Shown here: piece after piece, positions 39,801 through 52,868 of the stretch | How positions within the stretch are numbered: the first letter of the stretch is position 1 | Layout of the letters: each line of letters begins with the position of its first letter | Source: Monocercomonoides exilis PA203 | Taxonomy: Eukaryota; Protista; Preaxostyla | Assembly (NCBI GenBank): GCA_001643675.2 | Contig: LSRY02000036.1 | Span: 1 to 64,000, forward strand | Direction: 5' to 3' | DNA length: 64,000 bases | Notes under the pieces: generated by a model | Seen by the model: only the letters and a program-made list of their open reading frames with translations | Told to the model about the DNA's origin: nothing | Databases searched by the model: none | Translations under genes and position numbers: made by a program

Positions 39801-40649
39801 GGTTGCTTGAGGAGATACAGTCGGAGAAGAGATTTGCTGAAATATCTGTGTTTCCGGCGTTTTTACTGAACTTCAGGATAGAAGCAGCTTCTGGATGTTT
39901 GTGACGAAGCTGATCTGCGAAATCCTCATCTGCAGTCTTTGAATAATGAGATTATGAAGACAGAAAGATGCACTGGACAACTTAAAGCAGGAGCTTTATG
40001 CAGTATCGAAGGTAGCTGGGGAATGGATTGGGCTGAAGCTACCAGTGGAAATTATACAATCGGTGGTGGAGAAGAAAGAATGGCGGTAGGCGTTGTTCCA
40101 GATGGTGCGGCTGCTGCGAGGGCTGTTGCGGCTGAAGCTGTGGAGGAACGACTCAAAAAAAGGCGATCTGCTTTGATTTTCCTTTGGAGGATGGGCAGCG
40201 AGTGGTGCGGTTTCTGCAGACGGTGGCATGAGGAGGGAGTTAATAGCAAAGCCTTGCCATGTTCTTCATTGGCATTGACATCCTCCTTTTCGTATTCTTT
40301 TTCTAATAATTCTTCCTCTTCCTCCTACTCCTCTTTCTCTTTTTTCTCTTCTATTCTTCACTTATCGATTTTTATGTTTTCAATTTTTCTTCAAATTTTT
40401 ATTATGTTTCATCAATTAAGGTCATTCTCCTTCCATCACTTGTTTCTTTTCACATTCATTTTCTTTCAAAGAATTTTTTGAAAGTTACAAATATACAGTT
40501 AACATTGAGAATGTTTTGTCTTCTTTTTGCTTATTTCTGAGTAAATAACAGAAAATAAGAAGGTGAAGAAGGTGAAGAAGAATAAGACAAATATTGTTTT
40601 GAACAAATTGGAATGAAATGTTGTGAAATTGGAGTGTTTAATGAATCAG

Positions 40650-40828
40650 GAGAAGAAAGAGGAGAAGAAGAAGGAGAAGATGATGATGATGAAAAAGAAG
40701 AGGAGGAAGAGGAGGAAGAGGAAGATGAAAAGGAAGAAGAAGAAGAAGAAGAAGAAGAAGAGGAAGAGGAAGAAGAAGAAGAGGAAGAGGAAGAAAAGGA
40801 AGAAGAAGAAGAAGAAGAAGAAGAAGAA
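40650..40828 (+). repeat. GAA/GAG trinucleotide tract
   Basis: Seen directly. Confidence 0.9.
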
Positions 40829-40850
40829 ACACTTTAAGAACAGAAGCTCC

Positions 40851-41700
40851 TTACGAATTTCTCGAGCAGTTCTTGAATGAGGAGCTTCCAACTGAAACAC
40901 TTCCCGAAGTCGAACTGTCAATCGAAATGATGCAGCCTTTAAACAATTTCACTCCATCTGCAGATACTCCATTGAATACAACTTCTTTGCAGTTTGTAAT
41001 AACAAACACATTTGCTATTGCTTCAATATTTTCGAGTTTTTTGTTTGTCAGAGAAATCTCATCTCCACTTAGCAAAAATGAAGGCTTCTTGAATGAAAGC
41101 ATAATTATTGAGCAGTTATCAACATGCAGAATTCCACTTTCAATGGTCATCAATGTTGAATTGAGAACAACAGTTTCAATGTAATTTGACTCCCCAACAA
41201 AAGAAAAATAAACAAACAAAAGAGATAATTGGCCATTTGCTTCATGAATGATTGAACTGCCCGAATACGAAAACAACTGGCCAATGTTGAATTTCAATCT
41301 TTCAATCCGAACAATCCCTGTTGTTGTGATGATGCTTCCCTCGTCACTAACAATTGTTGAGTTCAGATGAACCAAAGCAGATGAAATAGATTCAAGGGAG
41401 CGCACAATAACATTCAACGCACTGCTTTCTCCATTGATGATCATTTCCCCTAATATCAACAGCTACGAATTGCGCGAAGGGATGATGTGTTGCACTCCAA
41501 CATCTAATGACTCACAAGGAAAACGAAACTCTCCGCATTGCTTGCTGTCTTCCTAGTTTTTATCAGCAGAAGATACAAATAGCGTCTCACTCTGGTATTT
41601 CACATCATTCAGCTGAATATCCATTTCTTCTTCTAAAGAGTCTGTTTCGCAGTCCCATATTGTAGGACATTTCACAAAATGTGCTCTGAAATCTGCAGCA
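40851..41700 (-). pseudogene. Fragment of a beta-helix-like putative surface protein
   Basis: ORF 40851-41459 has beta-strand-like repeats (IESGILHVDNCS, SSSFKNCS). The upstream sequence continues with a CG...PC motif interrupted by stops. Confidence 0.45.
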
Positions 41701-42045
41701 AATTTTCCAAGCTTAAAAAAAAGAAATTTAACATTTTAATAGAATAATATAGCATTTAAATGAAAGATAGATAAAAACCGTTTGATTTGCGTGTTTAACA
41801 TCTTTATCAAACTTGTGGGAGGATTCTTTGCATTAATTGAAATTCCAGGCGCATTCTGTGCAATGAAAAATTATTGTCAAATAAAAATTTGATTCATTAA
41901 CGAATCTCAATTTTTAACTAGAAAAAGAATCCATACAAACTATGAACATTTTATATATCAGCAGTTACAGAATAGTTTTAGCAAATAAAACAATAATTCA
42001 TAGCAAAATTGAAATTTTAATTTTGATAAGAAAACAGAAACATAA

Positions 42046-42167
42046 TTTATTGTTTAAATAACTTTTTTAAAAAGAAGAATTTCCCAATTATCAAACAAAC
42101 TTTCATGGAAAAGTTTGTTTGATAATTGGGAAATTCTTCTTTTCAAAAAAGTTATTTAAACAATAAA
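42046..42167. repeat. 122-bp hairpin/foldback: 58-bp arms, 6-nt loop, 1 mismatch
   Basis: TTTATTGTTTAAATAAC...CAAACAAACTTT-CATGGA-AAAGTTTGTTTG...GTTATTTAAACAATAAA. Confidence 0.92.
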
Positions 42168-42913
42168 GAAATTTGAATATTATTTTTGATCAAAGCAAAA
42201 AATGTTTATTGAGCTTTTACTATGCTTATTTTTATTTTATAAAAAACATGTTCAATAGCACTATTGAGAAGCACAATACTGCACAATTTTTTTGGTTGTG
42301 AAATGAACTGTCAGAGTTTATTTCAACATATACAAGAATCATTCTTATTATCATATTACAAGTGAAATTGCGTATATTTTTACAAAACGAACATCCCAGA
42401 AAATGCAAAATTTCTGAATCTTGTTCCCATAGTGAAGTGACAGCAGTTATTTAAGGAGTGATAGTGTTTTTGGATCAAGAAACAGTATAATACAGCCAGG
42501 GAGAATAAACCTTCTTGATACAGGAGAACTTTTATTTTTGTGGTTTTAGCGGGAAACACACACCCACAAGAATCTGAGAGTATTATTGCCGCTTCTACAC
42601 GTGGTGCATCAATCAAAATTCGTTAAAGTTTATTTGACTGAATAAGCGCAATTGAAAATGAAGAGCTCATTCATGGAGGAGATTTCCATTTTTCAAATTT
42701 GGAAAAAAACTAATATTGATTTCATCAAATTTCAGCAAGTGTTGCGCAAATCGTGGAAAAGCGATTTACCGCGTTGATCATATGAAAAATGAACAACACA
42801 AAGATCTTGCTTTTGAAAATTGCTCAATTTCACATTCTTATGGAATGGTGTGTTTCTTACGTCTGAAATATCTTCGGTCATCATGAACCTTCATTTTTTC
42901 AAGCTCTCGTTTT

Positions 42914-45492
42914 GTGAAAAATTGGGATGGAAATTCTTCTGGTTACATATACTTTAATTTCGCTTTGCCGAGTATTAACCTTTCAGCACTTTTGATCACA
43001 GAAAATATGATTATCTTGAACACAGTGAATGGAATATTTACAAATTCAACAATTTTAGGAGGAGCAGGAATAAACTTCAGTGGACTTTCGGAACAAGCTG
43101 TTCAGACTCCATTGATAAGATATTGTTTTTTCCATCAAAATGACGTGAAGAACGGAAACGGTGAACTGTTCAGTGCATATGGGAATAGAGGAAACTCCGA
43201 GATTGTGATTGATGGGTGTAAGTTAAGTTTATCATGCGAAAACGGAAACGAGCTGAAGGGCGGATCTTTGTTTATCCAGAAACAGGGGAATATGAACGTT
43301 GCTGTGAACAACACCAGATTCAGCAACTGAAATGTGCCAAGCGGTGAAGAATTAAATAGAGGAAGAGGATTAGGAGGAGGGATATATCTGCTTATTTCAG
43401 ATAATAATGGAGTTTGTTCGCTGAAAAACCTGACATTCTTTGAATGCAAAGCGTGGAAAGGAAATAACATATTTGTGGATGCCAACAACTTGACTGAGAT
43501 AGTTCGAGCAGATAACTTCCAAATAGCTTGGAGGGAGATGAACAAAACGGATTTGATGGGGTATGAGCGAATCTCCTGCAATCAAGAATGTGCGATTCCT
43601 TTGGCTGCATTTCTTACTTCATTTTCAGGAAGCGGATATGTTGGAGGCGAGACAGATGGAAGGTACGATCACTCAGGAAGCGAATTTCCATTTGCGTCTT
43701 GCCACACGATCAGCAAAGTTGTTGAATTGAGATTTGGATCAGCGCAAGAACAAGGTGTTGCCGTTGTTCTTCCATCGTTCCAGCTCAACAGCTTCACAAG
43801 GCTTGCCTCGTGTTCTGTTACAATTTTTGCAACAACAAAGGATTCATCTATTTTTGTCTGCAGCAACGGAAGCGGGGATGGGGATGGTTTGACTGAGACA
43901 GAAGCAGATGTGTCGATTTCGAATATTACGTTTTCCTTGCCTCCAAGCTTCGTTGAAACGCCTCGTTTGTTTCTGATTCTGTGCCAGCAATCAACTTTTA
44001 GCATTGCTAATTGCTCAGTAACAAGGCAAATAGAACGCGAGGCAATTCAATTCAGCATTCTTTGTGCAACAGGAGGCGAAATTCATTTAACTGAATTTGA
44101 GCTGAAAGAATTGATTTTGGAGATATTGCTGCAGTCGAGCTGAGAGGGCAAGGAACATTATTATTTATTGCAGGATGCACTATTGAAGGGATTGAGAGCC
44201 AGACTTCACATGGGCTTATTCACTTGAGTGATGGATCTTCAACCGACATCAAGAAGCTAACAGTCAATGGCTCATCACTGGAAAGTGGCAGTGTCATTTC
44301 TTTTGGGGAAGGAAGCGGAATGAAAATACATTCAAGTGAATTGTCGAATGTTACTCGCAACAATGGGAATGGCCCAGTCTTTTCAGGAGTTATTGGACAG
44401 GGAAAGCGAGTGGAGATCAGAGGCTGTGTGTTTTCGAAAGACATGTGCCAAGGCGAGATTCCATTTGGAGGGATCGGTGCATTGAATGTGTCGGATGGAG
44501 GAGAGCTGATATTCACTCAGAACAGAGTGGAGAGCTGCACAGCGCTGGGGGCTAGGGGGTTTGGAGGAGGGCTGCATCTGAAATTCGATGCGAATGTGCA
44601 ATACTCGATGAAATCGAACACTTTCACAGGAAATCTTGCTTCGAAAGGAAATGACCTGTTTCTGCTTTGCAGAAATCCAGAAGCGCTGTTGAAAGAAGAT
44701 CTGTGGTTTGGGACAATTAACGAATTGAGCACACCTGAGCCTAGTTTCTGGGTTATGGACTCCGTTGAAAGCACAGAAATTGACTATTCAATCAAGAAAT
44801 ATCTGTTTTCTGGAACAGGAGATATCATTTTTGTTGAGGCAGGAAAAAGCACGTTGCCGAACTGTGGAAGCGATGCAAATCCATGCGATCGATTGGAGGT
44901 TGGGATGAGCAACCTGAAAGAGAACCAGACGACTGTGCAGATCAACAACTACAACTGGGTTTCTGGAGAGATGAGAAGAGATGGGAAGTGGCTGACCATC
45001 CGCGGAGTTGCTGACAAATCCGAGCTGAGAGTTGAAAGCAATAGTTTCTTCAATGTGGTCGATGGTTTAACGCCAACAGTGCTTCTTCTCAACAGACTGA
45101 TTTTCAAACTTCATGCCTCTCCGGCAGAAGGTAATGTTGGCGTTATTCGGATGAATGGGGGACGAGTGACAATCCTGGATTGTGAGTTTGGAGGGAGCGA
45201 CGGTTCTGTAGAAGCTGGAAAGCTTTGGACAGTTGTTGGAGAAAGAGGAGAGGCACAGCTTGAGAGCGTATCATTTTTTTATCTGACATTTCCATCGAGC
45301 TTCGGAATAGCTCGGTTGGAGAGAGGAGAGATGTCTATCAACAATCTGAATGCATCTCATGTTGCATCTGAAAGAAATGTATTGCACGAGAAAATTAAAT
45401 GCGAAAGCTTTGGAATCAACGTTGAAAATATTTCTGATTGCTTTCATTGGATTTGTTTTGTATGTTGTTTGGTGCAGAAAAGTCAAGAATGA
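42914..45492 (+). pseudogene. Beta-helix / pectin-lyase-fold-like putative surface protein, broken into three ORFs
   Basis: Motifs GGAGINF, GGSLFI, GRGLGGGIYL, GFGGGLHL, GNLASKGNDLF and CGSDANPC. ORFs 42914, 43334 and 44224 are separated by a stop and a frameshift. Confidence 0.65.
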
Positions 45493-45719
45493 AGCAGATA
45501 ATTTGAGGGAGTTAGTGAATGACTGAGTGAGAAAAGATCCGAAAGCATTTGAGATGGTGACGATGGAGATGCCGCTGGAGGAGCAATGGATTTGAGCTGA
45601 AAGAGAAGCTGAGAAAAAAAAAGTTTTTTAAGATATGTCACAAAGATTTTGAATATTCAAAATGTTTGGAGACAAGCATTATCTTCACACTTCTCTTTTC
45701 CTTCACAGTTCAGATTTAT

Positions 45720-48579
45720 CTAAATGTTTTCATCACCATTGTCGCCTGTAATCGTTCCACTGGTCTCTTCTTCATCGTCTTCTTCATCGCTAAGTTCAAT
45801 TGCTTTGTTTCTTCTTTCTTCATCTTCGACATCCCACCTACAAACATTTTGAGAATAAGTGCGTCTTGGTTTATTATCAAAATGATCTGTTTCTTCGGCT
45901 GTTTCTTCGGCTGTTTCTTCGGCTGTTTCTTCGGCTGTTTCTTCGGCTGTTTCTTCGGCTGTTCCTTCGGCTGTTCCTTCTTCGCATGGAAGCAATTCTG
46001 ATATTGAATGATTGTCTTTTTCCTCTTCCCATCTTCCCAAAATAAGTGAAAGTGTTTGCTTTCCAATTGGAGAAGAGAGGCAAGAGTATATCTTGCTTGT
46101 TGCTTGTTTCTTCGCTCTTTCGAAAGAAACAGCAACCCTCACTTCACTCCATCTTGTATTTTCTTCTTCGTTGAATGGAGCAGCGAAAATCCTTCCTTCT
46201 TCGCTGCTCCATAAAAGATTTTTCTTCAACTCTTTCACCCTCAGCTTCGGTGAGACTCTCACCTGAAGCCGAGGGGTGTATGGGAGGAAGTGCCTATTGA
46301 TTGAGGCACTTCCTATCTCATCTGTTGATGAGTTAAATCTTTTTTTGAAAAAAGAGATTAGCTCATCAACAGATGAGATGTCCTCTCGAGAGTTCTGTGC
46401 TTCTCTCGAGAGGACACCAAACTCTCCATCAACCTCGCTTTTTCCGTGTCCTTCTGCAAAGAAGGAAAGCGAGGTTGATGAGAATGTTTTGAAGATTTTT
46501 GATGAAGGATAAAGAAGAAAATGCAGAAAAGATCCATTCCGAAAATGGGGACCGCAGTCGGTCCATACTTTGAGCGATCTGTTTGTACGTGAAGAGTGAA
46601 GAAGGAGTTCAAGTGCATTTTCAAGGCAGTCGATAGAATATCGACTGTCCTTGGAAAGCACTTCTGAAAAAAAGTGGAAACAAGATTTATAATGAATGTT
46701 GTGTTGTGATTGATGAATAACAACTCCCAGGTGAGAAACTTCTTTCTTTTCATAAAAATCTCTGCTCACCTGGGATTGTTTTATTGGGAGGCACCAGTTT
46801 TGTTTGTAATCGAGAATAACAATTGTTTGTCCGAATGAAAGTTCTTCAATACATTTATGATAATAATTTCTCTGTTTGTTCTGGATTATTTGATGAATTT
46901 CTAATAATCTTTTTTCTTCCCTTTCCTTCAACGTTAAATGTCTGATTCTTTGAATCTTCGTTAATATTTCTCTTCGAGCACACAAATTACACACATCAGT
47001 TCTTCTTTTTGATTTTCTTAAATTTTTTGAAAGTGTATAAAAGTGTGAATAGCTAAGTTTAACATCAATTTCCTTCACCATTTGCTTCCAAAGCGAATAT
47101 TTGGATCCATTAATTATACGTATTTCATTCTCAAACCATTTTTCATCTTCGTTTTTCAAAGTTTGATCAATTATATCGTTTGAAGATTCTTTTAAAAATG
47201 AGGACATCATCTTCTTTTTCATTTTAGAATTTTTTGTTTCGATTTTTGATGAATGCAATGTTTTCTCAATAGAGTTTTCATTTGTCACATTCATATGAAT
47301 ATCATTTAAAATATTTGTATCATCAAATGAATTTCCCTTATTTGTTTCAGTCAGTACATGAAAGAAAGAAGTTTGGATAATTGAATCAGACGAGCAGCTG
47401 GAACTTGAAGCGCTGCTTGAAGAGGCAGAAGACATGGCGCGAGAGGCGGCAGCTGGGCATGCAGTGGGAGATGAGCAGCTGGAACTTGCAGCGCTGCTTG
47501 AAGAGGCGGAAGACATGGCGCAAGAGGCGGCAGCTGGGCATGCAGTGGGAGATGAGCAGCTGGAACTTGCAGCGCTGCTTGAAGTGGCGGAAGACATGGC
47601 GCAAGAGGCGGCAGATGGATATTCAGTGGACGATGAAAGTCGACACTTAGATGAAGAATTTTTATATTGATTTTTTTTTTTATTTAGACTTATTAATGTT
47701 TTTGATATGTCAAATTGAACATTTGATAACTGTTTGTTGTTTATAATTGTAATGTAATCTTTATGTTCTTGTGAGAAATTTGTTTTTGATTTGTATTGAT
47801 TTGATTCAAGTTCTTCTTTGGAATTCAATGAAATATTTCGTTTGTTTTCTCCAATGGAGTTCTTTTTAATATTAAGAGAATGATTATCATATTCCATCAA
47901 GTTTGGAGAAGGAATATTTTGTATTTCTTTTTCTTTCTTTGTATTCAGAAACACCATATCATCTTCAGATAATTCTTCAATAATAGAATTTCGTTTTTTC
48001 CTTTTCTTTATGCAACTTTCTGTGGTGTGTTTTCGAAGCCACCATTCACAAAACGAAAAATTGAAATGAGTCATTGCTTCAAAAAATATTAAAAAAGGAT
48101 AAATTAAGAATATATATAAACGTTTTCGAGCAGTTGGCGTATAGGGCTTTGATGAACGAATCACTCCATAATCATGACGTTTCAACATTCTTTTGGCATG
48201 AGCAATGTTGTTCTTTGTGCAACTCCACCCCGCTTGAAACAGCTCTTGCTCCTCCACAACATTCAAAAATGTTTGCAAGAGCAAAACTTTGTCTTTTTTA
48301 TTTAGTAAATCGTATAAAATTCCACAATGAAACAGAACTTTGGTATATTTTTCTTTTGCAAATAAAAAGTGAAATAATTTTGATTATTAAAAACAATGAT
48401 AATACAATACCATTCAAACACTCAATGAATGATTGCTTTATTTTCTTTCCATTATTAGAATGGTTTAAGTAATATAATAGTAGTTGATTCTCTGTGTTAT
48501 TTGAACACTGGTTCAAATATTTTTTCAGTTCTCGACAAATTTGAGATTTTCTGCTTTGAGAATAAGTATCAAATTGCAT
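45720..48579 (-). CDS. Sola-like DDD transposase without a USP domain; spliced, with one apparent 1-nt frameshift near 48298
   Basis: Motifs RRTDVCNLC, IVILDYKQNW, WTDCGPHFRN and FFAEGHGKSEVDGEFG; three candidate catalytic Asp residues are intact. Predicted introns at 48353-48410 and 48077-48121 occupy the same positions as in copy A. Confidence 0.85.
45888..45980. repeat. 12-bp tandem repeat (CTGTTTCTTCGG) x ~7-8, encoding TAEE repeats at the transposase C-terminus
   Basis: Seen directly. Confidence 0.9.
47389..47616. repeat. 81-bp GC-rich tandem repeat x ~2.8 inside the transposase linker
   Basis: The unit GAGCAGCTGGAACTTG...GGGCATGCAGTGGGAGAT recurs every 81 nt and gives a Ser/Ala/Cys-rich 27-aa repeat in the transposase frame. 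Confidence 0.9.
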
Positions 48580-48604
48580 TTGTTTGATAATAAATATTTT
48601 ATTT

Positions 48605-48693
48605 TGGTAACGGAATGATCAACATTTTCTGATCATTTGTGATCTGATTTTCAGATCAATTAATATTTTGTGACTTTTCAAAAAAAAATACCC
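48605..48693 (-). repeat. Right TIR of element B (transposase 5' side)
   Basis: Reverse complement of 33760-33848. Confidence 0.93.
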
Positions 48694-50589
48694 ATATGGA
48701 AAATGAGAAATTTAGAAAAAGGAAGAAATTTCAATTAAATCAAAAAAAAATTCATTGTTATAAATGTTTTTTGTACCATCGGAGCTGAATGTGAGTGTTT
48801 AAGTGGGAACAAATATTTAACTGATGAAGGAAATAAAGCCATTAAAGGTGTATTCAATGGTTTCACTTGGGATCTGTCCTTCTCTTCCACAGACGTCAGC
48901 ATCAATTCCATTGAAGGTCAGCATTTTGTTCAAAGCGATGAGGAGGAGCCAGCTGTTGAACTCAGCTTTATCAAATTATCCACTATATCTGTTTACGTTT
49001 AATAAAGTCGTTGAACTGAATTGCTGGAGCATGAACTTCGTAATGATGTTTCAGCCACATAATATAAAACACATTTCAAAAAATTTAGAATAAACTAATT
49101 TTATATGTTTATATCTATCTATATTACTTTCATTTATTAGTACTGTTTTGTAAGTCTTGAAACATCGATTTTCCTTTTTTTAGATTGATTTTTCATTTTT
49201 TTTTTTTGAAACTTGATCAAAAAAGACTTTTTAATGAAAAAAGGTATGTTTTTTTGTTTTTATAAATAAAACAAATACATATGACAGAAATAAAAGCTAA
49301 ATACTTATGAGATATCAACTTAACTTTTTGATCAATGAATACCACAATAGATTTAATATTTTCGATTTTTGATCTTTTTTTATGATGTCAAAAAAAATCA
49401 CCCATATTTTTTATATAATTTTCATTCCAACTCACCAGAATTCACCAGCTTAGATATATATGCTTTGCAATATTATTATTTCCATGCTGATGAAATATTG
49501 TGAGAATGGATGAAAATCTCAAAAATTTTCTTATTCACAAGAAAAATTAGCTAAATGAACTTTTAGAAAAAATACAGACTTTGAGATAAGTCTCAAGCTT
49601 TGAAATTAATTTTGAAAACATTTCTGTTGTTGAAGAAAATTGTGATTTTTTTTCGAATGATTATTCGAAAAATAGGATTAATTTCTGAGTTTATCTTATA
49701 AATTCCTAATATGAAAAATTTTTCGGAAAAGAATGACATAGAAAAGAATTATTCACTTTTGCTATTTTAATTTAAAAAACTAACTTTTGTTAAATATTTA
49801 ATATTTATGAAAATTTTATATAATGATTAAAGAAACTGTTTTCGTTAAAGATATTTCGCGTAAGAGGTTAAAATAGCTATATCAAGTGAGATCTTCAATT
49901 TTAGTGAAGTTTAGAAGGTGTGAACGGAAATTTATTCAATTAAAGAAATATTTGTATTATTAAAAATTAAACAATAGGAATTTATCAAAGAAAATATGGC
50001 ATTTGGGTGATTATTAATGAAAAGTCGCAAATGTTTAATTTTAAAAAAAATTAATAATTTCTAACTTTGCTCAAATATCTGTTTCTTCTCACAAATCTTC
50101 TTTTTGATAAATAAAATAGCATTATTCAGAAATAGATTCCATATTAGAGAAGTTTGGTATATGTCAACAAAAATTTGAGCAAAATATAAAATATTTTATT
50201 TATTTGAAAATTACACATTTGTAACTTTTCAAAAAGAATCACCCATTTAATAATTCTCACTCACACGAATTAAGGAAATGAATTATTTCCGATATGCAAT
50301 TATTAACATTCCTGTCAAATTTTGCAAATCGATCGATAAAATTTTTGAAAAATAACAAAGTTTTGATGAACACAAGAATAATGCATACGCGACTTTTCGA
50401 AAAGTGTAACACATATATATTTGGCTTTGTGATTACGAAACAATAAGAAATAAATGAAAAACATGAAAATACTTTTTGCACAAAGAAAAAAGTGATTATA
50501 AACGATGTGATAATACTCGATGTGATAATAATAAGTTTTGACAGAATATTAAAATGTGTAAACGTGAGTTTGCTTTTCACAGTTATTAT

Positions 50590-51090
50590 CATGAATCTTC
50601 GAACGAGAAATTGACATTCCAAGAATTCTCCTCCAAAAAATCCTTCTTCTCATGCGATTCATCGCAAACAGATTTGAAGAGATTTCACAAATCAAAATGA
50701 AAGCAACAGTTGTGGTAATTGGAGCACTTCAGTTTCGACCGAAACCCAAATAAGCAAATTCCTCATTAGTTCTCAACAAAATCCGCAAAGCTTTTGTGGA
50801 GAAATATTCTGGTACTGTATCAACTTCATAAACACAACAAAAATTTGTCATAGAAAACATCTCTCACCCAATGGCATATAACTTGCTTTGAGTCACAAAA
50901 TTTTGGAATTGTTCTCTGTTGAAACTTTTCATTTTGCCGCAACAACAACAAACATTCCCTTCATACACTCAAATTCCGTTAATTCAACCAACAGGTGTAT
51001 TCACATTAAGTCTTCCATTTAGGAAGCATTCAATCACTCATTGCACAGACTAACTCACGCTCAGATGATTGAGGATCATGATAATCAAGG
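50590..51090 (+). pseudogene. Possible highly decayed tyrosine recombinase (DIRS/Crypton-like) fragment
   Basis: Manual translation across a frameshift gives NEKLTFQE/LQKILLLMRFIANRFEEISQIK...FRPKPK, which resembles YR box I (R-x-x-E). There are many stops. Confidence 0.3.
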
Positions 51091-51795
51091 AGTGTCAAAG
51101 GATAAAAAAGACAAGAGGGAGGAAAATACAATATCAGTGGAAAGCACATTCAAGTGGGAATAAACACTTGATGAGCGAAATGAATGCTCAATCACAAACA
51201 CTCCCAGAATAGAAATGTGCAGAAGCTCACAATTCCATATAACGATCATTTCAAAATCTGTTGACAATTCAAAAAATACCTTCCATCGGAAAAATTACCG
51301 GACAAGATCGATTTTTCGATTTCAGCAAATGAAGACATCCTGATTGTATTTTTCCATATTTATGTTGTCTCAACAAGACCCCTGTGACGTGACAAGAGAA
51401 AATTAAAGCAATGACAAAATGTTTGATAAGATATTACCGATTTGTCATAAAAGGTTATTATTAACAATTTCACAATTCTAAATTGCTATAATAAATAAAT
51501 TTGAAAACATATAAATAACAGTTCTTATTATTTGGAAAAAATCAAATTTCTAATTGAAATGATCAAGTTCACTTCATGTATATTTTTGTCAGGAAATGTC
51601 AGTTGAAAATTTTTGCTATCACGATTTGTCATTGACCATCACTGATAGTCGTTGACAAATAGAAAATTGACTGATATTTCAGATGCAATCAGCCGATATT
51701 TTCCAAAACTCTTTTTTAAATCTTTAAAAGTTTTCACAATCATTTGCATTATTGTGTTTTAATTTAATTTTATTTTATCATTTTGTAATTTCTTT

Positions 51796-51850
51796 CTTTC
51801 TTTTCTTTTCTTTTCTTTTCTTTTCTTATCTTTTCTTTTCTTTTCTTTTT
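51796..51850. repeat. (TTTTC)n microsatellite
   Basis: Seen directly. Confidence 0.85.
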
Positions 51851-52868
51851 TTTGCGTAGACATATCATTTTATAACATATCATGTCGCAGAGGAATAGTC
51901 CAAACAAACTCTTTTGGCACCCCAGACAATTATTTTTGTGTTGATTGAATGTTACAAAAAATACATACTTGAATTTTGTGGAAGTTGGATTTTGATTTTC
52001 TTGTGGATTTCAAAAATTATTCATAAAATATTTTGTCAACACAAAAATAAAAACCTGGCACAATATTTTAGAAATCATAATTATTCAATTAAATTTTTCG
52101 ACTTCGAAACTATTCAAATTTTGACTTAATGAAAGACACACAACATATGAAATACATGTATTAATATTTATAAAAATCTTTAAATTTGCTTTGAGTCACA
52201 TGATGATTTTCAAAAAAAATCATTTTAATCCAGTTTAAAGCAAAGAATTAAATGGAAAGAAAAGAAAAGGAATTGAATCGAAATTGCAAATTAGAATAAC
52301 TTAATTAATTTATATGAAACATTTTTATTGGCCAAAAATCTTTGGCATTAATTAGTGATGAAAAAAAGTTCATTTTAATACCATAATATCACAAATAAAT
52401 ATATAAATTAAATATTTCATTCAAACACCTTATTTATTATATCCAATGCTCAAAGCAAGTGAAAGTGCAGTGAAAGTTTTGTGCTTTTTGAAATTATTAT
52501 TTTGAACAAATATCTTATATCCAAAGATTCGCTCATTCAATATTAATGATGAAAATGATCGTTTTAAAAAATGATTCATTCTTACAAGTATGCAGGAGAA
52601 ATCTGTAATTGAAAATCATACTTGTTTGCGATTGCTTCTTTTTTGAATTTTTGTTTATTTCATTTCTTCTCAATTTTTAAAACATTTCAGAATTGTTTTC
52701 TAAATTGGATGATTGAAATGATTATGCACAAAACAAAAAGCATGGACTATGAATTTCCTTTTACAAAGAGCATCGCTGAGAGACTAAAAAAGAAGTGGAA
52801 ATGACTTTTTTGGCTTTGAGCAATTTTGGGAGTTACGTATGAGCATTGCTATTTAACTTTTAATATTA

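Larger units (their letters stand above)
33760..48693 (-). mobile_element. DNA transposon copy B (Sola2-like), ~14.9 kb between TIRs, with decayed host-gene sequence inside
   Basis: 89-bp perfect inverted repeats with GGG...CCC termini, each flanked by ATAT (33756-33759, 48694-48697). The transposase ATG is 25 bp inside the right TIR. Confidence 0.72.

Noticed and set aside
34493-40481. GC-richer ORFs (34844, 39236, 39939) as named genes
   Set aside because: They are probably fragments of decayed host genes; no family can be supported from the sequence alone.
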